Positions 38,219 to 48,074 of a stretch of DNA of 61,137 bases are shown in pieces; position 1 is the first letter of the stretch, and each line of letters starts with the position of its first letter. The DNA is taken from positions 1 through 61,137 of IMG/VR virus record IMGVR_UViG_3300035183_000546. One strand, given 5' to 3'. A model generated the notes under the pieces. That model did no database searches. It was given only the letters and a program-made list of their open reading frames with translations, and was not told the origin of the DNA. This DNA is from a virus. Lineage: Duplodnaviria; Caudoviricetes. A program made the translations under genes and the position numbers.

Positions 38219-39616
38219 ATGGATGAAATACAGTACGAGTTTGACCTTGATTTTCAAGAAGCGCTATTACGCTTTATAGCCCAGGATAAGGAGGGTCCTC
38301 GTGCATTAAAGCTTTGTAACCCAAAACATTTTGGATTACCCGAATTGAGGTATATAGCTATAGCTTTTAGTAAGTATTATTCTAAAAATAAGCGTTTACC
38401 TCCGGGTAAAGTATTATTCCGCGAATACTTAAGGCAGCTATATTTAACTAGTCCATCTTTTTCTAAGCTTAAGGATTCTGAAAGAAAAGCTATTAATCAA
38501 GTAGTTGGCCGGATATATAATGGACCTGTAAAGGGTGGTGAGGATATATTGGAAGCCGTTACTAAGTTTAAAGCTTATGTACAACTACGGGAAGTATTAG
38601 AAAATGTAAACCTTAAGGATTTTAGTCAATATGAGAGTTTTGCTAAGAGTGTAGTAGAAGCCATACGTATAGATTTAGAACACTCCCAAGATTTGGGTAC
38701 TTTTTTAGTGCGCGATGCTCGTAAGCGTCAGATTGAAAGGCAGTTAAAACAAGAAGTATTCCCTACACCTTTTATGCAGATAAACAATTGGACTAATGCT
38801 GGAGGTTATACACGTGGGAGCTTGATTTGCGTACTTAGCCGGGAAAAAACTTTTAAGACGGGTTTTTTAGTCAATTTAGCTAAGGGTTATATGCGTATGA
38901 AAAAACGCATATTATATATTGACTTAGAGAATGGCCAGGATAGTATAGCCCTAAGGTTTGAACAAAGTTTACTTAAGATTACTAAAGCTCAGTTGTTATC
39001 TGGCGATTATGACGAGAAACTTTTAAAGCTTTTACGTAAATATAAGCGTTTGGGGGTAGAAGTAGACATTAAGCGTATGCCCGCATACACTACTACTGTA
39101 AACCATATTCAAAATTACATTGATGAGCAGTATCGGAATTACGGTATAAGGTATGATAATTTGATTATTGATTATGTGGGTATAATGGGATCACTAAGTG
39201 GTAAGAGAGATGATGATGAGCGGATCTCAGATGCGTATGTAGATGTAAAAAACTTAGTACTCCGTAATGGGTACGAATCTTGCTGGACAGCTCATCATGT
39301 TAATCGAAAGGCTTTTGTAAGGGAGGCTACTCAATTTCAAGCAGATGATACAGCTAAGTGTATAGATATTAATCGCCATGTAGATGCTTTGTTGGGTATT
39401 AATGCTAACGATGAGGAAAAGGCAGGTAATGTAGCTCGCTTAGAAGTAATAGAGCAACGGGATGGTTTACCCAGAGCTAGAATGCTATTCTGGCTGAATA
39501 TAGCTCAACAGCATATTAAAGAATTTACTAAAGTTGAATTAGAACGCTATAGACATGCTGTAGAAAACTTAAGTGAGCAAGAGCGTATAGATAAAGGTAA
39601 GAACAAAGATTTATAA
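38219..39616 (+). CDS. dnaB: DnaB-like replicative helicase
   Basis: SREKTFKT (Walker A variant), YIDLEN, LIIDY, adjacent primase. Confidence 0.85.
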   Translation: MDEIQYEFDLDFQEALLRFIAQDKEGPRALKLCNPKHFGLPELRYIAIAFSKYYSKNKRLPPGKVLFREYLRQLYLTSPSFSKLKDSERKAINQVVGRIYNGPVKGGEDILEAVTKFKAYVQLREVLENVNLKDFSQYESFAKSVVEAIRIDLEHSQDLGTFLVRDARKRQIERQLKQEVFPTPFMQINNWTNAGGYTRGSLICVLSREKTFKTGFLVNLAKGYMRMKKRILYIDLENGQDSIALRFEQSLLKITKAQLLSGDYDEKLLKLLRKYKRLGVEVDIKRMPAYTTTVNHIQNYIDEQYRNYGIRYDNLIIDYVGIMGSLSGKRDDDERISDAYVDVKNLVLRNGYESCWTAHHVNRKAFVREATQFQADDTAKCIDINRHVDALLGINANDEEKAGNVARLEVIEQRDGLPRARMLFWLNIAQQHIKEFTKVELERYRHAVENLSEQERIDKGKNKDL

Positions 39617-39619
39617 AAT

Positions 39620-40585
39620 ATGCACCCTAGTAAGCCAGTATACTCAGAAGTTACTTTAGCTAAATTATATACTTTTGTAACCCGTCAATGGGGTCTTAGG
39701 GAATACCGAAGAGGTTGGTTAAAAGGGGATTGTGTTTTTTGTGGTAAAATTGGTAAGCTAGGGGTTAACTTAGAAGAAAACCGAGTAAATTGTTTTGTAT
39801 GTGGTAGCCATGGTTCAGTTATTAAGGCCATTTTAGAAGTTTCTGGATTTAAAACTTTTACTGAAGTTTATAATAGTTTAAAGTTACTCGAAGATAGCAC
39901 ATATTTAAAACCACGCTTAATACCCCAACAAAAAGCTACCAAACCCAAATTACCCGAAAGTTTTAGGCTTTTATCTTTAGGCGAAGGCTATTTAGCTGAC
40001 TTAGCTAGGAAATACATTATTAAAAGAGGGTTTAATCCTGATGAATTATCTGCTAAGGGTATAGGTTATTGTAGTCGGGGGGAGTATTCTGGGTGTATAA
40101 TTTTACCCTATTATCAAGCGGGCGAATTAGTATATTTTATAGCTCGAAGGTTTATTATGACTGGCGCAAAATTTAAGTATCCAAAAACTGAAGATTTTGG
40201 GATAGGTAAAAGTGAGCTTATATACAATGCAGATAGCTTAGCTATTTATAATAAGATTCGCATAGTAGAATCTGTGTTCAATGCAGAAACTTTAGGTCCT
40301 ACAGCTATTGCATTAGGTGGTAAAGTAATTTCTGAAACTCAGCTGAGTATGGTTATCAAGAGCCCTTGTAAATATGTATCTATTTTATTAGATCCCGATG
40401 CAATAGTTTTAGCTTATAAATTAGCTTTAGTTTTAGCAGAATACAAGAATGGGGTTAAAGTAATTAAGCTACCCGATGAAGAAGATGTAAATAGCTTGGG
40501 TAAAGCTGAAACTTTAAAATTAGAAAAACAAGTTCCATGGAAACAGTACTCTGAGCTTTATCGTGAATACTTAAGCTACTTATGA
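39620..40585 (+). CDS. dnaG: DNA primase
   Basis: CVFC...CFVC zinc domain; TOPRIM VES, ALGG, LDPD. Confidence 0.88.
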   Translation: MHPSKPVYSEVTLAKLYTFVTRQWGLREYRRGWLKGDCVFCGKIGKLGVNLEENRVNCFVCGSHGSVIKAILEVSGFKTFTEVYNSLKLLEDSTYLKPRLIPQQKATKPKLPESFRLLSLGEGYLADLARKYIIKRGFNPDELSAKGIGYCSRGEYSGCIILPYYQAGELVYFIARRFIMTGAKFKYPKTEDFGIGKSELIYNADSLAIYNKIRIVESVFNAETLGPTAIALGGKVISETQLSMVIKSPCKYVSILLDPDAIVLAYKLALVLAEYKNGVKVIKLPDEEDVNSLGKAETLKLEKQVPWKQYSELYREYLSYL

Positions 40586-41445
40586 AAAGAGATCCTTCTA
40601 TACATATACGCTATTCAGCATTCCTGCTAGTATTTAAAGATATATGCGCTAAGTATAATCTACCCAAAAATAGCTTTATTAAACTAGCAAAAGAGGTTTT
40701 GATAGCCAGTAAAGCTAAGAGTTGTACTAATAGAGTACTTTTAGCTAATACTGATAAAGCTATAACTAAGGGTATTAAGTTAGGAGCTGCAGAAAGGGAT
40801 AAAACTGTGATGTTCGCAAAAGTACTATTATTAAAGCGAAGGCAGCTAAAACATGCTCAAATAAAATTAAGCACACCCGGAGATAAAGATTGGATTCATT
40901 TAAAAAGCTTAACTAGCCTTGCTTTAGAATTTTGTGAATCATTTGGATTAACTCAAAAGGAAGGGTTTGAGCAATATATAGATACTTTACTCAGTTTATT
41001 GAAACCTTTCCACTTGGGGAAAGCTCCTTCTATGCACTCTAAAATACTATCAGTATACGAAGCTAAAACTATCATACGCACTGATCTAAGCGCTGAAGTT
41101 ACTAAGCGTATGTATGATTTATACGTAGCTAAAAGCTTAGAACGTATGGGTTTCTGTCCCCCCTACAATAAAAACCCCGAAGAGTACGCGAATTTTGTTA
41201 AAGCTAAAGATTTAGCTATTAAAGCTGGAGTAAGCGTAGAGCATTATATTAACGCTCAATTTGCTGGGTTAGAGTGGACGGGTAATATACCCATACCATC
41301 ACAGCTAGTTAGCGATAAGGCTCAAATTAGATTAGCTAAGTATTTAGCTGAAAACAACCTTAAAGCAAGCCATCAGAAAAAATCTACTAGTATCAATTGG
41401 AATAAAATTAAGTCCCATGGTAACACTTCACATAGGTCCCAGTAA
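40582..41445 (+). CDS. hypothetical replication-associated protein
   Basis: Coupled between primase and helicase. Confidence 0.7.
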   Translation: MKRDPSIHIRYSAFLLVFKDICAKYNLPKNSFIKLAKEVLIASKAKSCTNRVLLANTDKAITKGIKLGAAERDKTVMFAKVLLLKRRQLKHAQIKLSTPGDKDWIHLKSLTSLALEFCESFGLTQKEGFEQYIDTLLSLLKPFHLGKAPSMHSKILSVYEAKTIIRTDLSAEVTKRMYDLYVAKSLERMGFCPPYNKNPEEYANFVKAKDLAIKAGVSVEHYINAQFAGLEWTGNIPIPSQLVSDKAQIRLAKYLAENNLKASHQKKSTSINWNKIKSHGNTSHRSQ

Positions 41446-42817
41446 AAGCCAGGTTGAAGGGGCTCAAGTTTATTTAAAAGAACTAAGAGAAGAGTTTAAA
41501 TTAAGATCTCCTGGTTACTTTTACTCTAATAAATGGCGATTACGACAATGGGATGGTTATGTAAGGTATATTACTGAAAGGGGTTATTATCCTACTGGCC
41601 TATCAGAAGATATTGTAAAGTATCTGATCAAGAAGAATATAAAGTATAGTATTAAGTTACAGCGAGAGCCACTTGGAGTGTATCCTATTCCTCGGAAATT
41701 GGGTAAGCTAGAGCTACGCCCTTACCAGTTAAATGCCGTAAAAGCTGTAGTTACTAAATCTTTAAAGGGTAATCCTTTTCCCAGGGGTATATTACATGAA
41801 GCGACTAATGCAGGTAAGAACTTAATCGCAGCCGCTTTGTTTAGAGCTTATGGACCTTACGTAAGGCTTATTTTTATTATTAATCGAACGCATATATACC
41901 AACAGGCCATACAGGAATTAGGTGAATTGTTACCAGGCGAAATAGGCTGGATAGGGCCTAATAGGGATATCAAATATAATAGGTTTATGGTGTGTATGGC
42001 CCAGAGTTTAGTTTCCCAAATAAAAAGCTTAAAACAAACTTTTTACCAATTTGATATATGTATCGTAGATGAGTGTCACTATGCCTCGAGTAAAACTTAT
42101 AAAGTTTTACTTGAAAAACTAGAATACGCCCAAGTAAGAGTGGGTATGTCGGGAACACCTTTAAAACACTCCGACAAAATTAAAAACATGAATATCATCG
42201 CCTACTTTGGAAATATACTCCATACTACCCACAATATAGAATTAATTTCTAAGGGCTATTCTACACCCGTACAGGTAACTATAGTTAAGGGTAATACTAA
42301 AGTTTTTAAGAATTGTTCCTATAAAGAAGAAGAGGAACGAGGTATAGTTAATAATGAACAAAGGAATAAGCGAGCTATTAAACGTATAATGCTCAGAGTT
42401 AAACAGGGTAACATGCCTATTTTAGTAGTTTGTAAATACCATTACCATACTGAGCAAATTTACAAATTAGTAAAATCTACGTTTCCAGAGCTAAAAGTTA
42501 ATTACATTCATGTAAAGGTAAAAGATAGATTAGAGAGGTTAGAAAAATTTAAGCAGGGTAAATACCATATCTTAGTAAGTTCATTGTTAATAAAAGAGGG
42601 TAAAAATTTACCTCTTACTAAAGCTATAGTGTACTTAGCTGCGGGATCCTCAGCTATAACTATTTTACAAGTTATAGGCAGGTTGCTAAGAAAACATAAA
42701 AGTAAGCAAAAAGTATATTTTGATGATTTCAGGGATAAGGGTAAATACTTATCTAAGCATACTCGGAAGCGGCTAAAAGAATATAAGTTAGAAGGATTTA
42801 CTATTAAGATAAAATAA
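41417..42817 (+). CDS. superfamily 2 DNA helicase (UvsW-like)
   Basis: LRPYQ, TNAGKN, DECH, SGT, QVIGRLLR. Confidence 0.92.
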   Translation: MVTLHIGPSKSQVEGAQVYLKELREEFKLRSPGYFYSNKWRLRQWDGYVRYITERGYYPTGLSEDIVKYLIKKNIKYSIKLQREPLGVYPIPRKLGKLELRPYQLNAVKAVVTKSLKGNPFPRGILHEATNAGKNLIAAALFRAYGPYVRLIFIINRTHIYQQAIQELGELLPGEIGWIGPNRDIKYNRFMVCMAQSLVSQIKSLKQTFYQFDICIVDECHYASSKTYKVLLEKLEYAQVRVGMSGTPLKHSDKIKNMNIIAYFGNILHTTHNIELISKGYSTPVQVTIVKGNTKVFKNCSYKEEEERGIVNNEQRNKRAIKRIMLRVKQGNMPILVVCKYHYHTEQIYKLVKSTFPELKVNYIHVKVKDRLERLEKFKQGKYHILVSSLLIKEGKNLPLTKAIVYLAAGSSAITILQVIGRLLRKHKSKQKVYFDDFRDKGKYLSKHTRKRLKEYKLEGFTIKIK

Positions 42818-42818
42818 T

Positions 42819-43268
42819 ATGCGCAGGAAAGCTAGAAGTAAGTTAAACCAGAAAGTACCATTGGATAAACCCTTTAATTATAGTATGTTGGGGTCAGTAA
42901 GTGATCCATGTTTCGGAAAAGGGTATGATGCTACTAATACAATTTGTCAAAGTTGCGGGGATTCTGAATTTTGTGCTATAGTAATGAGCCAGAATTTAAA
43001 AACTCGTAGATTGAAAATAGAGAAAGCTAATGTTTTTGTAGATGCCCCGGTGTATAAAAAAGTAAGCAGTAAAAAATTGGGTATTTTCTTAAAACCCTAT
43101 TTAAAAGGGGGTAAAACATTAACCTATGACCAAGCTAAAGAGTATGCTATTCAGCATTTGGGGTTAAAACCCAGTAGAGCAAATTTAGTTTTTAAGCTTT
43201 TGCTCCGTAAAAACAAGAAATTTAAACTTCACAATCAAAACTTATATTATAATGGAAACCCGAAATAA
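42819..43268 (+). CDS. Cys-cluster protein (PCFGK...CxxCxxxxxC)
   Basis: Four clustered Cys; basic C-terminus. Confidence 0.7.
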   Translation: MRRKARSKLNQKVPLDKPFNYSMLGSVSDPCFGKGYDATNTICQSCGDSEFCAIVMSQNLKTRRLKIEKANVFVDAPVYKKVSSKKLGIFLKPYLKGGKTLTYDQAKEYAIQHLGLKPSRANLVFKLLLRKNKKFKLHNQNLYYNGNPK

Positions 43269-44052
43269 AGCAGCTTTAGTAGCAGCTAAACCTATTGACC
43301 ACAGTTCACAAATCTTTGATCTTCAGAAAAATCTTTTACGCGAATATACTAAGTTATCTAGAGTACCCGAGAGTGTAGACTTAAAAACTTTAGATGGCCA
43401 GAATTTTATTCGCTATATTATAGCTTGTTTAAATACTGAATTGGCTGAAACCTATGAGCAGTATTACACTAATTATAGCTTAAGCCAAGATCCTTTGTTT
43501 AAGCACGAAAATTATCCTGATTTGTTGTTTGCGTTTAATAAAGAGATCGGTGACGTAATACATTTCGCAATAGAATTATTGATTTTTTCTAAGATTGAAT
43601 ACAAGGAATTAGAAACCTTTGTTGAGCATAAAGCTATTAGCCAGGGTTACAGTGCTCCTAGAGATGAAGACCCTTTCCGATTAGCCCACAAGTTATGCTT
43701 AGATGAACTGGTATCTCATGGGATAATCCAAAGTTTACCTCGTAGACCAGTATATACTAATGCAGATCTAATGTTTTTGGGGGGTAGGGTTTTAGCTCCT
43801 GAAATTATAAGCGAGTCTGAAAGACTTTTGTGGCATGTTACTTGTGCTATGAATCTAGCGGGTAACACTTTAAAGCTTAAAAATTGGTCCTCTAATTCAA
43901 GCGTAGGAGATATTAATGCTTATACAGAGAAAATTTGCGAAGCATTTATATTGTTGTTCCGGGTATTTATAATATGGGGTTGTTCTCCAGAAAGCTTATT
44001 TAGAGTCTATTCAGTATCTAACTACATTAATTTAGAAAGGTTAAAGCAGTAA
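43252..44052 (+). CDS. MazG/dimeric dUTPase-like all-alpha NTP pyrophosphatase
   Basis: ELAE...KEIGDVIHF; second half NTLKLKNW; ends NYINLER. Confidence 0.65.
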   Translation: METRNKAALVAAKPIDHSSQIFDLQKNLLREYTKLSRVPESVDLKTLDGQNFIRYIIACLNTELAETYEQYYTNYSLSQDPLFKHENYPDLLFAFNKEIGDVIHFAIELLIFSKIEYKELETFVEHKAISQGYSAPRDEDPFRLAHKLCLDELVSHGIIQSLPRRPVYTNADLMFLGGRVLAPEIISESERLLWHVTCAMNLAGNTLKLKNWSSNSSVGDINAYTEKICEAFILLFRVFIIWGCSPESLFRVYSVSNYINLERLKQ

Positions 44053-44055
44053 AGT

Positions 44056-44940
44056 ATGAATGAATTCGAGTTTAGTACTTCTCAAGAAGCTTGGGCTTCT
44101 ATGAATGAATACTTATTTGTGCAGGAAAAGCTTATTACTGAAAAAGATCAGGGTAAAAGAGTGGGTAATGCTATGGTTATTTATGATAGCATTATACATG
44201 TTAAAAAACTATGGGTAGACCCTGAGTTTGATTTTAATGATATGTTTGGGTACAAAATACAAAAATGGGTTACACTAGTTAAAAACTATGTAGATTTTAA
44301 CTACTTGGACCTTGTAACTCAAGAAGTGCGGAGTAAGGAACGCAAGAAAAATGTTCAGTATAATGTAACTTTCCATTTTAGTAATAGATACTCATCGGGT
44401 AAAGATTGCCTAATAGCTTTAACTTTTTCGCGCAGGGTAAATTTGGATGTGCCCGTAATAATTTTTAATCTAAGAGCTTCTGAAGTAACTAAACGGTTAC
44501 TTTGGGATTTTTTATTAGTACAGCGTATAGCAGAATATGTTTATGGGCCCAAACAAAAATGCCTACTCCAGCTTCATTGCCCAATGATGTTTATTAATAC
44601 TGAGTCATTTACAATGTACCACACTTACAGAGATTTACGTACGCTTTTACCCAAAGGTCAAAAATTGGAGCCTCATCAACAAAAGGTAATGGAAAGCCTT
44701 GATAAATTCTTAAAAGTAAATCCTTTAGAGTTGACTTATAGAGTACACAGACGGCCTGTAAGGCAGCTGCAGCGAGATGAACATGGAAAATCTTTACATG
44801 GGGCTAAACCATTAAAAGCAAAACATATAACTTTAACTAAACCTACTTACCCTTTAGAAGTACTTACTCAGAAACAAGTAAAGCAGTACCGTAAAAAAAA
44901 TGGACTCACTTCGAATATCCAGAAACCAGCTTTACATTGA
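44056..44940 (+). CDS. thymidylate-synthase-fold protein, degenerate
   Basis: KDCL (catalytic Cys-like) 22 aa before RASEVTKRLLWD, which aligns to ThyA RSCDVFLGLPFN. Confidence 0.6.
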   Translation: MNEFEFSTSQEAWASMNEYLFVQEKLITEKDQGKRVGNAMVIYDSIIHVKKLWVDPEFDFNDMFGYKIQKWVTLVKNYVDFNYLDLVTQEVRSKERKKNVQYNVTFHFSNRYSSGKDCLIALTFSRRVNLDVPVIIFNLRASEVTKRLLWDFLLVQRIAEYVYGPKQKCLLQLHCPMMFINTESFTMYHTYRDLRTLLPKGQKLEPHQQKVMESLDKFLKVNPLELTYRVHRRPVRQLQRDEHGKSLHGAKPLKAKHITLTKPTYPLEVLTQKQVKQYRKKNGLTSNIQKPALH

Positions 44941-45352
44941 AGTAGCTAGGCTTTTAGCTAAACGGAGTGTATGTAGAAGGTTACAAGTGGGTGCAGTAAT
45001 AGTTGCCGAAAAGAGGATAGTTTCTACGGGTTATAATGGACCTCCTAAAGGATACCACCACTGTGAAAATTGTGATTTACAAGGTGCTTGTATAGAATCT
45101 ATTCACGCGGAAGCTAATGCTATAGCATTTGCTGCTAGTCAGGGCATAGCTACTAAAAACACTATACTTTATTGTACGCATTCACCTTGCGTACAGTGTG
45201 CAAGGCTAATTATTCAAGCGGGAATAATTAAAGTTTATTATTTAGAACAGTACCGAGATAATCAAGGGTTATTATTACTTAATTCGTTAGGAGTAAAAAC
45301 CCAGATGTATGTAAATGAAGGTTATGAAAAAAGTTTACAGGGTAATATCTAA
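44900..45352 (+). CDS. dCMP deaminase
   Basis: RSVC..LQVGAVI, TGYNG, HAEANAI, SPCVQC. Confidence 0.95.
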   Translation: MDSLRISRNQLYIEVARLLAKRSVCRRLQVGAVIVAEKRIVSTGYNGPPKGYHHCENCDLQGACIESIHAEANAIAFAASQGIATKNTILYCTHSPCVQCARLIIQAGIIKVYYLEQYRDNQGLLLLNSLGVKTQMYVNEGYEKSLQGNI

Positions 45353-47471
45353 ATTTAACGAAATACCTAAACTTATAGAGGATTGCATAAGTACTGGTTA
45401 TTGTTGTTATGATTTTGAAACTTCGGGTAAGTATTATAGTCCCGATAGTTATCCTACTTCCATAGCTATAGCTTATCAACCGGGTTTTGTACATGTAATC
45501 CCTCTGGCTCACCCTGCATCCCCCTTTAAAGAAGTTTATCTAAAAATCTTAAACCAAATAGGGCATAAGCTTATAGAGAATGAAGAGGTAGTAAAGATTG
45601 CTCATAATGCCAAGTATGAAATGCAGTGGTTTTTAAGATATGGGTTTATTCACAGAGGGAGAGTATTTTGTACTATGTTAGCTAAATACTTACTGGATGA
45701 AGTAAGGCCTCATGATCTTAAATCAATTACTGCTAAATTTTACCCCGATAGCTTGGGTTATGATGATGAGGTAAATATATTAGCTAAGAAGTATGGGTGG
45801 GGTAACATCCCTTTAAAAAAGTTGACTAAGTATAACGCTTTAGATGTGTATTATACATTTAAACTAGCTATAAGGTTTGAAGATAAACTCATTAAAGCGG
45901 GGTTGTACAGCCTTTACCGAAATCTATATATGCAATGTACCCATGTTATAGCGGAATCAGAGTTTGTGGGTATAAAAGTAGATACTAGTTATTTAGAAAG
46001 AATTTCTGCAGAATATGCTGATAAACTAGTAGAAATTGAAACTAGCATTACCCGTAATAAGATCCTGAGGCGTTATATACGTAAGTATAGAGAGCAGCAA
46101 TTTAGCGATCTTATAGCAAAAGCTAGAGTAGAAATAGAGTATTTAAGGCGTAGAGGTCAAGAAAGGCAAGCTTTAAATAGGGAAAAGAAAATAAGCTTAT
46201 GGTTAGCAGGTAAGGCTACTACTCAAAAAGAGGCAAAAATACTACAAGATTTTAACCTTAGATCTGTACCTCAGTTAGTGAATTTACTTTATGAATCTAA
46301 GTATGGTTTTAAATTTCCCATAATAGACTATACTTGGGATAATAAGCTAAATAAGCCCAGTAATAAGCCTTCTACTTCAGAGGCTACATTGTTGAAATTA
46401 CAGTCCAAGGATAAACATGGTTTTATTGAAAAGTTACTAAAGCATCGAGAAATATCTAAATTACACAGTACCTATATGGAAGGGCTAAAACCCTTAGTAC
46501 AAGAAGATGGTTATATTCATGGTAACTTTAATATAGCTGGTACAGTAACTGGGCGTTATAGCTCTACTGAACCCAACTTGCAAAATATCCCTCGCAGCAT
46601 TACTGCTTATGATATAAAGAAAATGTTTGTACCCCCAGAAGGTATGCTTTTAGTAGAAGTAGATTATAGCCAAGCAGAATTACGGGTAGTAGCTGAAATA
46701 GCTAATGATAAAGCTATGATTGATATTTTTAAACGTAACTACAATATACATGTAGCTACGGCGTGTAAAATGAACGGGGGTATACAGCTATATGATGAAG
46801 TAAAAGCTATACTAAAAGATGAAAATCATCCCAAACATGAGTATTGGGAAAAAGCTAAAAAACGCGGTAAAATTCTGAATTTTTCTATCCTTTACCAACA
46901 AGGAGCTGAAGCTACAGCTGAAGCTTTAGGTTGTTCTGTAGAAGAGGGTAAAGAATTTCAGCGTAAGTGGTTTAAACAATTTCCCGGTGTAGCTAAGTGG
47001 ATAGAAAAACAGAAAAGAATAGCTTACCAACAAGGATTCGTAAAAACTTTATTTGGTTCTAAACGCAGATTACCGGATATATATTCTGTAAATCGTGGTA
47101 CTAGGGCAGAAGCAGAAAGGCAAAGTATTAATTCTCCAATTCAGGGTACTTGTGCTTTATTTACTAATTTTGCTACAGTAGAAATACGTAAGGCTAAACT
47201 AAGGGGTGAACTACCATGGTACTTACATCAGCCTTATACGGTGCATGATTCTATAGGCTTTTATGTTAAGCCAGAAGATGTACACTGGGTAGTAGCTTTT
47301 ATACTTAATGTAGCTCAAAACTTACCCACAGATAAATACTTTGGTTTTAAAATGAAAAAAGTAAGTATGAAAGTGAGCGCTGAAGTGGGTAAAACATGGG
47401 CTGATCTTAAAGATTATAACCCTGAAGAAAATTATGCGAGTTGGCTAAGTGAAGCTACTCCTGAAAAGTAA
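45315..47471 (+). CDS. DNA polymerase, family A, with 3'-5' exonuclease
   Basis: YDFETS, HNAKYE, YNALD; TGRYSS..PNLQN; DYSQAELR; KILNFSILY; VHDS. Confidence 0.95.
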   Translation: MKVMKKVYRVISKFNEIPKLIEDCISTGYCCYDFETSGKYYSPDSYPTSIAIAYQPGFVHVIPLAHPASPFKEVYLKILNQIGHKLIENEEVVKIAHNAKYEMQWFLRYGFIHRGRVFCTMLAKYLLDEVRPHDLKSITAKFYPDSLGYDDEVNILAKKYGWGNIPLKKLTKYNALDVYYTFKLAIRFEDKLIKAGLYSLYRNLYMQCTHVIAESEFVGIKVDTSYLERISAEYADKLVEIETSITRNKILRRYIRKYREQQFSDLIAKARVEIEYLRRRGQERQALNREKKISLWLAGKATTQKEAKILQDFNLRSVPQLVNLLYESKYGFKFPIIDYTWDNKLNKPSNKPSTSEATLLKLQSKDKHGFIEKLLKHREISKLHSTYMEGLKPLVQEDGYIHGNFNIAGTVTGRYSSTEPNLQNIPRSITAYDIKKMFVPPEGMLLVEVDYSQAELRVVAEIANDKAMIDIFKRNYNIHVATACKMNGGIQLYDEVKAILKDENHPKHEYWEKAKKRGKILNFSILYQQGAEATAEALGCSVEEGKEFQRKWFKQFPGVAKWIEKQKRIAYQQGFVKTLFGSKRRLPDIYSVNRGTRAEAERQSINSPIQGTCALFTNFATVEIRKAKLRGELPWYLHQPYTVHDSIGFYVKPEDVHWVVAFILNVAQNLPTDKYFGFKMKKVSMKVSAEVGKTWADLKDYNPEENYASWLSEATPEK

Positions 47472-47513
47472 GCATTGGGTAATTGGGTAAACTATTAGTT
47501 TTTAAAGTTATTT

Positions 47514-48074
47514 ATGTTGTTAGTTAAGAATGGTTTTGAGATAGAAAAGAGATGGTTAGTAGTGGATAGGCATTTAGATTACAGTAAATTAGGTATAGGC
47601 TTTGAGCTTTATGATGAAGTGCTAAGTAAAGGCAGAGTAATAGAACAGGGTTATATTAAGCAGCTTAAAGATAAACAATCAGTTATAGATTTACTGGAGT
47701 TAGAAAATTTATCCATCTCAGAAAATAAAGTTGAACTGCCGAATATGCTTATGAGGGTAAGGCGTATAGACAACCAAGAGTATGAACTAACCCTTAAAAA
47801 TACAGCGCCCGTAAAACAAAGGGAAATAGAATTTAAGTTAACTCCGGGTGAATTTAAAGAGTTGTGGAGGTTAACTAAAGGTGCTAGGGTATATAAGAAA
47901 AGAGCTGATATTAAAAGGGATAAGTTTATGGTAACTTATGACGCTTTCATAGATAGGTTACTACTAATCGCTGAGATAGAAGTAGGTAGGGTGAGTAATT
48001 TAAAGCTTTTACCCAAAATAGGTTTAGATGTAACTGGTAAAGAAGAATGGTCTAACAAAAATTTAGCAAAATGA
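47514..48074 (+). CDS. CYTH-domain triphosphate tunnel enzyme
   Basis: EIEKRW, EQGY, RVRR, LTLK, REIEF, KKR, IAEIE. Confidence 0.85.
   Translation: MLLVKNGFEIEKRWLVVDRHLDYSKLGIGFELYDEVLSKGRVIEQGYIKQLKDKQSVIDLLELENLSISENKVELPNMLMRVRRIDNQEYELTLKNTAPVKQREIEFKLTPGEFKELWRLTKGARVYKKRADIKRDKFMVTYDAFIDRLLLIAEIEVGRVSNLKLLPKIGLDVTGKEEWSNKNLAK

Noticed and set aside
47475-47490. TTGGGTAA tandem duplication before the CYTH gene
   Set aside because: Only two copies and no further support; kept only as context for the CTATTA motif
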